A stretch of DNA of 64,000 bases, taken from an uncultured Actinomycetes bacterium (GTDB lineage: Bacteria > Actinomycetota > Actinomycetes > S36-B12). Below, one piece after another: positions 54,990 to 64,000 of the stretch. Position 1 is the stretch's first letter. Each line of letters starts with the position of its first letter. The stretch lies in the NCBI GenBank assembly GCA_963842725.1, contig CAWJHN010000004.1, positions 1,566-65,565 of the forward strand. The letters run 5' to 3'. Position numbers and translations under genes: made by a program. Below the pieces are notes generated by a model that was not told where the DNA came from, searched no databases, and was given only the letters and a program-made list of their open reading frames with translations.

Positions 54990-57608
54990 CTCGCCGCCGC
55001 GGCGCACGGCGGCGCGGCGGTTGTTGACGCCGAGCTTGGTGTAGATGCTCTTGGTGTGCGTGCGCAGGGTGTTGAGCGACACGAACAGGCGCCGGGCGAT
55101 CTCGGGGCCGTCGAGCTCGGTGGCGAGCAGGCCCAGGACCTCGAGCTCGCGGGCGCTCAACGGATCGAGGAGGCTCCTCGACGCGGTCGGCTCGTGCGGC
55201 ACCGCCGAGACGGGGACGTCCGCGCCCGGGACGCCGCCCGACCGTGCGAACGCGCGCTTCTGGCCCTCCCGTTCGGCCAGCCGCACGGCGCGATCGAATA
55301 GCGCCAGCGATGCGCTCACGTCGCCCCGTGCCTGGGCGGCGGCCGCCTGGAGGACAAGCACCTCGATAACCGTGGCAGCCCTGCCACCGGCCGTCGCGGC
55401 GTCCAGCAACCGCTGCAGGAGGCCTTCGGTCTCCATGAGGATGGCCGGGTCGGCGCGGCCCCTGCCTCGGGCGAGCATGGCCTCGGCAAGGGTCACATGC
55501 TCGAACTCGCGCAGGTACGACAGCTCCTGCGCCGCCCTCACGTCGTGGTCGCGGGCCCATCGCTCCGCCTCATCCAGGTCGTCGAGCCGGATCCGCAGCC
55601 GAGCGGCGATGGCGTGCAGCGGCCGCACGTTCGGTGAGAAGTCGCCGAGGTACACCTGCTGCGCCTGCATCACGAGCGCGAGGGCTCCGGCGATGTCGCC
55701 CTCGGCCTCGGCGAGCATCGCGGCCACCGCCCGGGAGCGGTAGGCGTACGGAGGGAGGCCGTGCTCATCGCCGAGCGCGCGCGCCGCGACGAGTTGGTCG
55801 CGAGCGGTATCGAGGTCTCCGCGTTCCAGGGCCAGCTGGGCTTGGGCGACGCGGATGTCTGCCACTCCTCGTGGCGTCCCGCCCGGCGAGCCCGCGGCCA
55901 CGCGCAGCGCCTCGTCGCAGGTGGCCTGCGCATCGCCAAGCCGTCCTTGGGCAATCTGGATCTCGGCCACGGTCAGGTAGCAGCCGATGGCGTCGGAGAT
56001 GTGCTGGGCGCGACGAAGCCCATTGATGCAGATCGCGTAGGAGCGGAGTGCCTCGTCGAGCTCCCCGCTCGCCCAATGCGCCAGTCCAGACAGGCCAGCG
56101 GCACCGGCGCTGACGACATCGTCATCCGGGGCGGCGGTTTCGATTGCTCGTCGGGCGTGGCGTTGCGTCGCGGGCAGGTCCCCGGACACCAGGCAAAGGC
56201 CCGTCCGGTACAGCTCGACTGCCCCCGGGACCCTGGCCAGCTCCGCGAGGTCAAGCGCGACGACCGCACTGTCGGATGACCCCTTCGCGTCGCCCGCCTC
56301 GAGGAGCGCGTGGATCGCAGGAAGCTGGCGTTCGATGTCGCGAAGACGCCGCTCGACGTCGCCGAACTCGTTGCTGGCCATCAGCGCGCCGACAAAGGCG
56401 ATGGCGAGGACCGGACGCTGCTGGACCACCTCGTCGGGCACGTCGTCGAGCCAGCGCCGGAGCGTGGCCTCCTGCCGGGTGCGCTGCAGGGCGGGAGTGG
56501 ACTCCTCGACGAGATCGGCAGCCCGGTCGACGGCACCCGCGGCCAGCGCGTGTCGGACGGCGGCGACGGGGTCTCCGGTCATCGCGCACCAGCGACTTGC
56601 TCGCAGGTGGAGCCCCGGAACGACGTCGGGCCGCTCACTGCGCAGGCGCGCCTGGAGCACGTCGGCGAAGAGGTGGTGGTAGCGGTACCAGTTGCGCTTG
56701 TCGTCCAGCGGGACAAGGAACAGGTTCGCGCGCTCCAGACTCTCGAGCATCGCCTGGCTGCCGGTCCGCTCGAGGACGCTGTCGCACAGATCCCCGCTGA
56801 GTACGTCGAGAATCGACGTCCGCTCAAGGAAGTCGCGAACCTCGTCGGACTGGCGGGACAGCACCTCGTCCGCCAGGTAGTCGACGACATGGCGATCGGT
56901 GCCAGCGAACCCTGCGATGAAGTCGCCGATGTCGTCCCGACCCTGCATCGACAGTGACACCAGCTGGAGGGCGGCTGCCCACCCCTCGGTCCGTGATTCC
57001 AGGGCCGACACGTCTGCGGGTGCGACGGGAAGGCCGCCGACGTCGGTGAGATAGGAGGCGGTCTCGTCGACCGTGAAACGCAGGTCGCGGGCGCGGATCT
57101 CGACCAGCTCGCCGCGTGCGCGCAACTTCGCAAGCGGGAGGTTGGGGTCCGCGCGGGTGCTGACAACGACGTGCAGGTTCATCGGCCGCCGTTCGAGCAG
57201 GAACGTCATCCCCTCGGCGACCTCAGGACTGTCGGCAAGGTGGTAGTCGTCGAGGATCAGGTCGACGACTTTCGCCTGGTCCCCGATCTCGTTGAGGACC
57301 GCAGTGAGCATCTCCCTCGTGGCAGGCTGCCCGGCGGCGAGCAGCGGCAGGGCGCCTGCCCCGATGTCCGGTGCGGCTGAGTGCAGCGCCGTCACGACAT
57401 AGAGCCAGAACGCGCCCGCGTGGCTGTCGGAGTCGTCGAGCGACACGAACGCCACCGTCCGCGACGTGGTCGAGGCGCGAGCCAGCCAGGAGGCGAGGAC
57501 AGTCGTCTTGCCGAACCCGGCTGGGGCAGAGACCAGGGTGAGCGTGGCGTGGGCGCCCGCGTCCATCAGTCCGAGCAGTCGAGACCGGGGTACCAGCACG
57601 TCTCGCAA
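54966..57608 (-). CDS. large ATP-binding LuxR-family regulator (LAL/MalT-like: P-loop NTPase, helical repeats, C-terminal LuxR HTH)
   Basis: 880 aa. Contains LVSAPAGFGKTTVL (Walker A), a long helical/TPR-like middle region, and C-terminal LSARELEVLGLLATELDGPEIARRLFVSLNTLRTHTKSIYTKLGV. Confidence 0.85.
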   Translation of the reverse strand: MRDVLVPRSRLLGLMDAGAHATLTLVSAPAGFGKTTVLASWLARASTTSRTVAFVSLDDSDSHAGAFWLYVVTALHSAAPDIGAGALPLLAAGQPATREMLTAVLNEIGDQAKVVDLILDDYHLADSPEVAEGMTFLLERRPMNLHVVVSTRADPNLPLAKLRARGELVEIRARDLRFTVDETASYLTDVGGLPVAPADVSALESRTEGWAAALQLVSLSMQGRDDIGDFIAGFAGTDRHVVDYLADEVLSRQSDEVRDFLERTSILDVLSGDLCDSVLERTGSQAMLESLERANLFLVPLDDKRNWYRYHHLFADVLQARLRSERPDVVPGLHLRASRWCAMTGDPVAAVRHALAAGAVDRAADLVEESTPALQRTRQEATLRRWLDDVPDEVVQQRPVLAIAFVGALMASNEFGDVERRLRDIERQLPAIHALLEAGDAKGSSDSAVVALDLAELARVPGAVELYRTGLCLVSGDLPATQRHARRAIETAAPDDDVVSAGAAGLSGLAHWASGELDEALRSYAICINGLRRAQHISDAIGCYLTVAEIQIAQGRLGDAQATCDEALRVAAGSPGGTPRGVADIRVAQAQLALERGDLDTARDQLVAARALGDEHGLPPYAYRSRAVAAMLAEAEGDIAGALALVMQAQQVYLGDFSPNVRPLHAIAARLRIRLDDLDEAERWARDHDVRAAQELSYLREFEHVTLAEAMLARGRGRADPAILMETEGLLQRLLDAATAGGRAATVIEVLVLQAAAAQARGDVSASLALFDRAVRLAEREGQKRAFARSGGVPGADVPVSAVPHEPTASRSLLDPLSARELEVLGLLATELDGPEIARRLFVSLNTLRTHTKSIYTKLGVNNRRAAVRRGGELGLLTGR

Positions 57609-57960
57609 CCGCGGCGCGGAGAGCTTGGTGCTGATGAGGGTGCTGGCGATGCTGGCTCCCCTCGTGTGGTCGAGCCGGATGCTGGGACTCTAGCCAATCG
57701 TCACCGAGGTCCGGGATCAGGTGCCGGCGAGCCAAAGCCTCGAGGAGCAACGCCACCTGACGCAACGCCTCGACGGGATCCATGCCTTGACGCTACGGCC
57801 GGAATACGACTTCCCACCAGATGGCCACTGGCGAGATGCTCCGGATTCCGCATGTGTGATGGGTCGCGATCCGAAGGATCGAGTGTGTGCGTGCTCAATG
57901 CTGTTCTGGGTCGGGCAGCTTTCCTGGGTGCGGTGCCAGTTCTGCAAGGCCGGCGCCCGA

Positions 57961-58848
57961 TCAGACGGCTTCGAGCGCCCCGACGACCCGGTCGCCGATG
58001 CCCTGCACGAAGGAAACCGGATCGTCGGTGAACGGCATGACGTGGACCTCCTCGATGCCCACGTCCGCATACGCGCGCATCTGCTCGACGAACTCCGTGG
58101 CTCCGGCGCCCTCGGTGTCGACCGGACCAGTCCACAGGATTGTCTTTCGGATTCGATCGAAATCGGTTCCCAGCTCACGGCAGTGCTCCCGGAGGACGTC
58201 GAGCTTCGCCCGGATGACGTCGGGTCCCGCCTGCGGGCCGGTGAACAGGTTGCAGGCGTCCGCGTACTGCGCGACAAGGCGCAGGGTCTTCCTCTCCCCG
58301 GTGCCCCCGACCATGATCGGTGGATGCGGCTTTGCGATGCACTGAGGGACGTTGATGGTCTCGCGGAGGGAGTAGTGCTGCCCCACGAACGGCCCATCCT
58401 CGTCGCTCCACATCTGCAACACGATCTGCAGAGTCTCCTCGAGCAGTTCGAAGCGTTCTCCAAGCGCCGGGAACGGCACCCCGAGCCCGAGGTGCTCGCG
58501 CTCGTACCAGGCCGCCCCGAGGCCGAGAACAGCACGTCCGCCGGACAGGACGTCGAGGGTGGTGATGATCTTCGCGAGGAGCCCGGGGTGACGGTACGTG
58601 ACGCCGGTGACGAGCAGCTGCAGCTCGACCGTCGACGTGCTCGCCGCCAGGAAGCCCAATGTGGTGTACCCCTCGAGCATGGGCTTCTCCGGACCACCCG
58701 CCATCTCCATCTGGAAGTAGTGGTCCATCACCGAGAGGTTGGCGATTCCGGCACCCTCGACGGCCTTGCCGACTCGGGTGAGCGTCGGACCGATCTCCTC
58801 GGCACCTCCGTGGATATCGAAGTTGACGATGTGGATTCCGAGCCTCAT
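57961..58848 (-). CDS. luciferase-like monooxygenase (LLM) family oxidoreductase, probably F420-dependent
   Basis: Starts MRLGIHIVNFD with GGAGG upstream. Contains LSVMDHYFQM...GYTTLGFLAA...LVTGVTYRHPGLLAKI...LGLGAAWYEREH. Confidence 0.7.
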   Translation of the reverse strand: MRLGIHIVNFDIHGGAEEIGPTLTRVGKAVEGAGIANLSVMDHYFQMEMAGGPEKPMLEGYTTLGFLAASTSTVELQLLVTGVTYRHPGLLAKIITTLDVLSGGRAVLGLGAAWYEREHLGLGVPFPALGERFELLEETLQIVLQMWSDEDGPFVGQHYSLRETINVPQCIAKPHPPIMVGGTGERKTLRLVAQYADACNLFTGPQAGPDVIRAKLDVLREHCRELGTDFDRIRKTILWTGPVDTEGAGATEFVEQMRAYADVGIEEVHVMPFTDDPVSFVQGIGDRVVGALEAV

Positions 58849-59052
58849 CCCAGCCTCCAAGCGAGATGCCCACGACGGACCTTTCGACGTGGCGGTCCCT
58901 CGGCGGACTATTGTCCTCGCGATCGCCTTCTCGACCAACCGCCCAGGCGATGACGAGGCAGAACTCGCAGTCGACGATGCCCGAAGGACCTTCTCGTCGC
59001 TGAGTCGCCCGAGGTGGTGAACCTGGTAGCGGCGGGGAGGAAGGATGGCCGA

Positions 59053-59430
59053 ATGGCGCACCCACGCATGTACGACGATGCGGATCCACAGCTGGCACGC
59101 ATCCGGGCGTGCTGCATGGCCCTGCCTGACGTGGTGGAGTTCGAGTCGCACGGCCGGCCCAACTTCCGCGCCGGTTCACGGCGCGTCTTTGCGGTGTACG
59201 GGGCCGGTCCGGACCACGCGCATGCGGTCATCCTGCGGATCGACCCGGCTGATGAGGAAGGCCTCAGGGCCGATCCACGGCTCTTCGTCCCTCCCTACTA
59301 CCCCGAACGGCTCGCCCTCGACCTGGACGTGCCGGATGTCGACTGGGTCGAGGTGGCCGAGCTCGTCGAGTCCGCATACCGCACGGTGGCCTCTGCCCGC
59401 ATGCTCCGGGCGCTGGATGCGGGGCGGTGA
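59053..59430 (+). CDS. MmcQ/YjbR-family protein
   Basis: MAHPRMYDDADPQLARIRACCMALPDVVEFESHGRPNFRAGSRRVFAVYG. Internal start within ORF 59014..59430. Confidence 0.55.
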   Translation: MAHPRMYDDADPQLARIRACCMALPDVVEFESHGRPNFRAGSRRVFAVYGAGPDHAHAVILRIDPADEEGLRADPRLFVPPYYPERLALDLDVPDVDWVEVAELVESAYRTVASARMLRALDAGR

Positions 59431-59591
59431 CGTGCGCGACGATGCGAGCAGGTTGCAGGCGTGGTTGGCCTATTCCGTCCGCGGTTGCCACGGAGACCTC
59501 GCGGTGGGCACGAACTGCGCCGAGGGGCGCCACTCCTCGGATATGCATGGATACGTTCTCAACACCATCCATTCGTCGATCGGAGCGCGGC

Positions 59592-61004
59592 ATGACTCTT
59601 CCCCTCGCTGACCCTTCCCCGTCGACGGCTCCTGCGCGAGCGGCGGAGCGTGCCCGTGCGTACTTCGAGAGCCTGCCGTCCCGCCCGGTGGCGCCCGCCG
59701 TGGACCTCGCGCTGCTGCGGGACGCCTTCGGAGGCCCTGTCCCCGAGGCCGGCACCGACGCCTCGAGTGTGATCGACGCACTGGTAGCGGCGGCTGAGCC
59801 TGGACTCGTCGCCACGGCCGGACCTCGCTACTTCGGCTTCGTGACGGGTGGTTCGCTGCCCGCGGCCGTTGGGGCGGACTGGCTGGCTGCAGCATGGGAC
59901 CAGAACGCGGTACTGGGAGTGTGTTCGCCGGCCGCCGCCGTGTGCGAGGAGGTGGTGGCGGAGTGGCTGGTTGACCTCCTGGCACTGCCGCCCGGCAGTG
60001 GGGTCGGACTGGTCACCGGCGGCCAGATGGCCAACACGACGTGCTTGGCCGTCGCCCGGCGAACGGTGCTGCGCAGGGCGGGGCACGACCCCGATCGCGA
60101 CGGACTCGCCAACTGTCCGCCGGTAGCAGTGATCGTCGGTGCCGAGGCCCACGCGACCATTCGGCGCTCCCTGGCATTCCTCGGCATCGGCACCGCCCAA
60201 GTGCTCGTCGTGGACGTGGATGAGCAGGGCGCGATCCGGACCGGTGCAGTGGAGGCCACCCTGGCAGGTCTCGAGGCCGGCACGCCGGCGATGGTGTGCG
60301 CGCAGGCCGGCAACGTGAACACTGGCGCGTTCGACCCATTCGAGGACATCGCGGACGCCTGCGCCAAGTACGGGGCGTGGATGCACATCGACGGGGCCTT
60401 CGGTCTATGGGCGGCAGCGGCGCCGGCTCGGCGGAGCCTCGTGGCGGGTCACCACCGGGCGGATTCCTGGGCGGTCGATCTTCACAAGTGGCTCAACGTC
60501 CCGTACGACAGCGGTGCGGCGATCATGCGCGACGCGTCCAACCAGTCGGATGCCCTGCATCTGTCTGCCCCGTACCTCGTGGCCGGCGAGGAGCTGAGGG
60601 ACGGGTCGTCCTTCGTGCCCGAGTCCTCCCGCCGTTCTCGATGCTTCCCCGTGTGGGCGGCCGTCACATCGTTGGGGCGGCGTGGCATTTCACAGATGGT
60701 CGAAGGCTGCTGCGCGCTTGCTGCGTCGTTGGCGGCGCAGTTGGCGGAGCATCCCGACGTCGAGATCCTCAACGACGTCGTCATCAATCAGGTCATGGTC
60801 CGGGTCGGGGACTCGGACGCGCGAACCCGCGCGCTCATCGCGGCAGTTCAAGCCGAAGGAACGTGCTGGGCCGGACCCACTACGTGGCACGGCAAGGTTG
60901 CGATGCGGATCTCCGTCAGCAACTGGTCAACGACGACGGCCGACATCGACATGTCCGCGCGCGCGATTCTTGACGTCATCCCGGCCACCGAGGAGAGCGC
61001 CTAG
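59592..61004 (+). CDS. pyridoxal-phosphate-dependent decarboxylase (group II, aromatic amino-acid decarboxylase-like)
   Basis: Starts MTLPLADPSPS. Contains TGGQMANTTCLAVAR, HIDGAFGLWA and the PLP-lysine context SWAVDLHKWLNVPYD. Confidence 0.75.
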   Translation: MTLPLADPSPSTAPARAAERARAYFESLPSRPVAPAVDLALLRDAFGGPVPEAGTDASSVIDALVAAAEPGLVATAGPRYFGFVTGGSLPAAVGADWLAAAWDQNAVLGVCSPAAAVCEEVVAEWLVDLLALPPGSGVGLVTGGQMANTTCLAVARRTVLRRAGHDPDRDGLANCPPVAVIVGAEAHATIRRSLAFLGIGTAQVLVVDVDEQGAIRTGAVEATLAGLEAGTPAMVCAQAGNVNTGAFDPFEDIADACAKYGAWMHIDGAFGLWAAAAPARRSLVAGHHRADSWAVDLHKWLNVPYDSGAAIMRDASNQSDALHLSAPYLVAGEELRDGSSFVPESSRRSRCFPVWAAVTSLGRRGISQMVEGCCALAASLAAQLAEHPDVEILNDVVINQVMVRVGDSDARTRALIAAVQAEGTCWAGPTTWHGKVAMRISVSNWSTTTADIDMSARAILDVIPATEESA

Positions 61005-61240
61005 GGGTGCGGACGCGAGATCCGCAGGCTCAGACGCGACTCATCACGTATCGACTCGTGGCCTTCCCAGTCCAGGCTTCGCGCAATGGCCTTCTTCCAA
61101 TCCGCTACAGGTCAGCGAGCGCTGGGAGTCGATGGAGCATGACCATGCCCACTTTGCGGAACCGAGCATCCCCTGACTGCTTGTCGCCTTGGAAAGGTCG
61201 AATCTCTCGCACATGCTGTACCGCTCATCGATAATGAGGC

Positions 61241-61669
61241 ATGCCCTTTGCGGAGATCAATTGGCTGGCTGTGCTCGTTGCCAGCGTCGTGTCGTTCGTC
61301 ATCGGCTTCCTGTGGTTCAGTCCGAAGACGTTCTTCCCGGTCTGGTGGAAGGCGATGGGCCGTCGCGCGGACGAGGCTCCAGAGGGCGGCCTGCCCATGG
61401 GGGCCGTCTTCGGTCTCACCATCGTCGGCATCCTCGTGCAGGCCACCGTCCTCGCGCTGGTCATTGAGCTGATTCGGATGACGGGTCAGGACGTGGGGTG
61501 GTGGGGTGGCGCTGCCACCGGCGCGCTCATGGGTGTCGGCTTCGCCGCGGCGGCGTCGCTCAGCCACCACCTGTTCGCGGGGTTCTCCATCAGGGCTTGG
61601 GTGCTCGAGGTGGGACAGGACATCGTGTGCCTGGCCGCGATGGGCGCGGTTCTGGGGGCGTGGGCATGA
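61241..61669 (+). CDS. DUF1761-like membrane protein
   Basis: 142 aa. MPFAEINWLAVLVASVVSFVIGFLWFSPKTFFPVWWKAMG, with four TM segments. Confidence 0.6.
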   Translation: MPFAEINWLAVLVASVVSFVIGFLWFSPKTFFPVWWKAMGRRADEAPEGGLPMGAVFGLTIVGILVQATVLALVIELIRMTGQDVGWWGGAATGALMGVGFAAAASLSHHLFAGFSIRAWVLEVGQDIVCLAAMGAVLGAWA

Positions 61670-62142
61670 TGACGGTCGATCCCACGCGAGACCTCGTGCT
61701 CGAGCGCGACCTCTCGATCACGCCCGACGAGGTCTGGCGTGCCTGGACGGAGCCCGACCTCCTCGTTCAGTGGTTCACGCCGCGTCCCTGGCGCACGACG
61801 GAGGTCGAGATCGACCTGCGCCCCGGCGGCATCTTCCGGACGGTCATGCGTGGGCCGGCCGGCGAGGAAGGCGGCGGGACGGGCTGCGTCCTCGAGGTCA
61901 TCCCCGGGCGGCGACTGGTATGGACCGGTGCCCTACTGCCGGGGTTCCGTCCCGCCCTGTCCTCGTTCGGGGTCCCGCCGTTCACAGCGGTGATCGAGAT
62001 GGAACCGGCCGGACGGGGTACGCGCTACACCGCGACCGTGCGGCACGCCGATGCCGCTGGCCGCCAGGTCCACGATGACATGGGGTTCGCGGCCGGCTGG
62101 GGTGCTGCACTTGACCAACTAGTTGAGGTCATGGGCGGCTGA
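61666..62142 (+). CDS. SRPBCC-family protein (AHSA1-like)
   Basis: MMTVDPTRDLVLERDLSITPDEVWRAWTEPDLLVQWFTPRPW...GWGAALDQLVEVM. The ATG overlaps the DUF1761 stop. Confidence 0.7.
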   Translation: MMTVDPTRDLVLERDLSITPDEVWRAWTEPDLLVQWFTPRPWRTTEVEIDLRPGGIFRTVMRGPAGEEGGGTGCVLEVIPGRRLVWTGALLPGFRPALSSFGVPPFTAVIEMEPAGRGTRYTATVRHADAAGRQVHDDMGFAAGWGAALDQLVEVMGG

Positions 62143-62290
62143 GCGCCAGCAGGCAGAGGGTGCGAAGTACCTCGACCGCCCTGCCATCGAGCTCGACGAT
62201 CTGGCATCGGCTGGGGCCGCCTACAGCGACGTCCCGCTGACCGGCACCTGCGCCGTGTGTGATTGGAACCCGCACCCTCAGATGGACCGT

Positions 62291-62392
62291 CATCATCTGT
62301 TCGCGGGCTGGTCCAAGGCGTGGGTGCTCGAAGTGGGACAGGTCATCGTGTGCCTGGCCGCCATGGGTGCAGTCCTCGGCGCCTGGGCATGA
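62291..62392 (+). repeat. duplicated 3' end of the DUF1761 gene (direct repeat of 61565..61669)
   Basis: HHLFAGWSKAWVLEVGQVIVCLAAMGAVLGAWA-stop versus HHLFAGFSIRAWVLEVGQDIVCLAAMGAVLGAWA-stop. The nucleotide similarity is clearly visible, with one codion indel. The upstream part of ORF 62123..62392 does not look DUF1761-like. Confidence 0.75.
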
Positions 62393-62504
62393 GCGCCACC
62401 GGAGGCACAGTGGCCGCCGCTGCCTCGTAGCCCGCAGTCGCCGGAGCCGGGTTCAACGCCTCATCGCGGATGCCGGGACCGTAACGTTTGTGCGGGAGGC
62501 CATC

Positions 62505-63542
62505 GTGGCAGTCATCCGCGTCCTACTGGCCAGTTCAACGCTGCTCGCGGTCGTCCTCGTGCCCACGCAGCCTGCGGCCGCCTCGGATAACCTCACCTGG
62601 GCCCAGGTGCAGGCCGCGGCGCACGCTGCGCAGTCGGGCATCACGCAGGGCGGAGGCACCGCCACGGTCGAGGTCACCGCGAAGATCAGCTTCCGCCAGG
62701 TCACGGACTATCGGCCGGGCGGATCGGCGAACCGCGAGCGCTATCGCGAGGCCGGCATGTCGGACTCCGAGCCGGACCGATTGACCTGGACGATCACCAG
62801 GAACGGTGCGGTGAGCAGGTATCGACCCATGCCACCACTGCCGAAGGCGGGCCGGTATCCGACGCTGCGAACGGCTACGTGGGTCCGCCTGAACCCTCCT
62901 ACGGCAGGCGGCGTGACCCCTCCGATCCTGCAACTGAATGTCTTCGATCCGCTGGGCGAGATGTCATCCAGCCCGGCGGACGAGGCGGGCATCACCTCGG
63001 CCTCGTGGATCCATGGGGTCGAGGGCGAGCCTGTGTCGGACGTGAACGCGACCTTCGCCCAGCAGCCCACGGGCGTACTCGTCCTGCGGTCGTTCTCGGT
63101 GCGAGACCTGCACCCGACCGGGCCAGGTTCCGCCTTGAGCGTGCAGGTGGGCTTCGCGAATCCCCAGCTGGTCGTGCCGCGCTTCAGTTCAGCACTGCCC
63201 GAGGACTACGTGGCCGCGGCCCTGGACGCCGCTCGCGACACGGCTTTCGCGTTCTACGCCGTGCGAAACGCAGCCAACAGTGCACGCGAGAAGGCAGACC
63301 AGATGACCCGAACCGAGTTGATCGCGTATGTGCGCAGACAGGTGGCGGCCAACGAGGATTTCGCCCATCCGCCGGCGGACCCGACAACGGACACCATCGC
63401 CAATCTGCCCAGGGGACTTCGACTCACCAACCCGAACGCGTACTCCGGTCGGTCCACCATCTGGACCATCTCGGTAACCCCGGACAACCGGGTGGTCCTG
63501 ACCAGGCGGACGAAGCCCAGCACGGTCACTCCAGCCCCCTGA
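62505..63542 (+). CDS. secreted hypothetical protein
   Basis: GTG at 62505 follows GGGAGG. It gives VAVIRVLLASSTLLAVVLVPTQPAAASDN (signal peptide). 345 aa with no motif I recognise. Confidence 0.5.
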   Translation: MAVIRVLLASSTLLAVVLVPTQPAAASDNLTWAQVQAAAHAAQSGITQGGGTATVEVTAKISFRQVTDYRPGGSANRERYREAGMSDSEPDRLTWTITRNGAVSRYRPMPPLPKAGRYPTLRTATWVRLNPPTAGGVTPPILQLNVFDPLGEMSSSPADEAGITSASWIHGVEGEPVSDVNATFAQQPTGVLVLRSFSVRDLHPTGPGSALSVQVGFANPQLVVPRFSSALPEDYVAAALDAARDTAFAFYAVRNAANSAREKADQMTRTELIAYVRRQVAANEDFAHPPADPTTDTIANLPRGLRLTNPNAYSGRSTIWTISVTPDNRVVLTRRTKPSTVTPAP

Positions 63543-63646
63543 CCCGATGACGGACGAGGCATCTCTTCACGGCCTGGGCCAGTCACGTCGTTGCCCGTTG
63601 CCGCCCAGTCGTGGCCGGTTGCGCTTCGTCATGCGATCATCCGTGC

Positions 63647-64000
63647 ATGCGTGACGAGTCCGTCGGCGAGCACGTGGAGTCGGCTGAGCACCTGCTCGAG
63701 CTCCGCAAAGAAGGCTTCACGATGGCGCTCTACGTTGCGGTGTGCCTCCTCGCCGTCTTCATCGCGCTGCCGGAGAGCGGAGCCAGCGGAAATGCCGCCC
63801 GGCTGGTCTGGGGGGTGACGGTTGGTCTAGCGATCGTGCACATCTTCGCGTTCAGCATCTCGGCGCGACTGGTCGGCTCGGGCGAGATCCGACCAGTCGA
63901 CGTGAAGTCGAGCGGGGCTCAGCTGGCCGGTGCCGCGTTCGTGGCACTGCTCGCCTCGATCCCACTCATCTTCCTGCCGGCGGACGTCGAGGTAGAGGTC
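63647..64000 (+). CDS. membrane protein, 5' part (open at the right edge)
   Basis: ATG at 63647. MRDESVGEHVESAEHLLELRKEGFTMALYVAVCLLAVFIALPE...GVTVGLAIVHIFAFSISARLVG... stays open to the end of the window. It is not in the ORF track because it has no stop. Confidence 0.45.
   Translation, partial: MRDESVGEHVESAEHLLELRKEGFTMALYVAVCLLAVFIALPESGASGNAARLVWGVTVGLAIVHIFAFSISARLVGSGEIRPVDVKSSGAQLAGAAFVALLASIPLIFLPADVEVEV

Noticed and set aside
57740-57783. Minus-strand MDPVEALRQVALLLE, reminiscent of the N-terminus of actinobacterial PHP-domain / Pol X-like proteins.
   Set aside because: Only about 14 residues match and the similarity disappears immediately afterwards, so it is too short to distinguish from chance.
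1-64000. CRISPR arrays, rRNA genes, transposases, integrases or prophage genes.
   Set aside because: I saw no regularly spaced direct repeats and no ORF with transposase, integrase, recombinase or phage-structural signatures. The only repeats found are those listed: the DUF1761 gene-end duplication, the acidic-protein paralogues, the PT-coding repeat and the G12 tract.

Overview
The window is a very GC-rich, actinobacterial-type chromosomal segment. I found no rRNA, no intact tRNA, no CRISPR array and no transposase or integrase.

Gene content, left to right:
- An araB-araD-araA operon (minus strand) with a lacO-like palindromic operator.
- A thiol-disulfide oxidoreductase / CcdA-like pair.
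- A sugar ABC-transporter operon (binding protein, ATPase, two permeases, a second ATPase) followed by a LacI-family regulator.
- A sugar-phosphate isomerase plus a Gfo/Idh/MocA oxidoreductase, then a nitroreductase.
- One uninterrupted 2887-codon cyclic beta-1,2-glucan synthase (Cgs/NdvB-type).
- A butanediol-dehydrogenase-like ADH and a cupin.
- A decayed patch: Pro/Thr-rich ORF, truncated sortase-like ORF, G12 tract, small acidic protein.
- A marR / acyl-CoA dehydrogenase / icmF operon.
- A mycofactocin locus (mftA-B-C-D-E plus a mycofactocin-type SDR).
- A secreted Vgb-lyase-like beta-propeller protein and a TGT-like remnant.
- A multi-PAS GGDEF-EAL protein and a decayed higBA pair.
- A TetR regulator followed by a phenol-type meta-cleavage operon (two flavin monooxygenases, C-C hydrolase, extradiol dioxygenase).
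- Small stress and membrane proteins, a frameshifted methyltransferase and membrane proteins.
- A large LuxR (LAL) regulator, an LLM oxidoreductase, a PLP decarboxylase, a DUF1761/SRPBCC pair with a duplicated gene end, and an orphan secreted protein.

The most striking observation is that mftB, mftC, mftD and mftE carry about 34 single-base frame shifts by hand reconstruction. Almost all of them step the frame in the +1 direction. The 90-nt mftA and the SDR immediately downstream are intact, and so is the 8.6-kb cgs gene. Isolated frame shifts of the same kind occur in araD, the TlpA-like gene, the CcdA-like gene, icmF, the GGDEF-EAL gene and a methyltransferase. This is either a locally error-rich consensus or an unusual, very recent inactivation, and the sequence alone cannot decide between them.

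All coordinates of shifts and alternative starts are manual reconstructions and are approximate.
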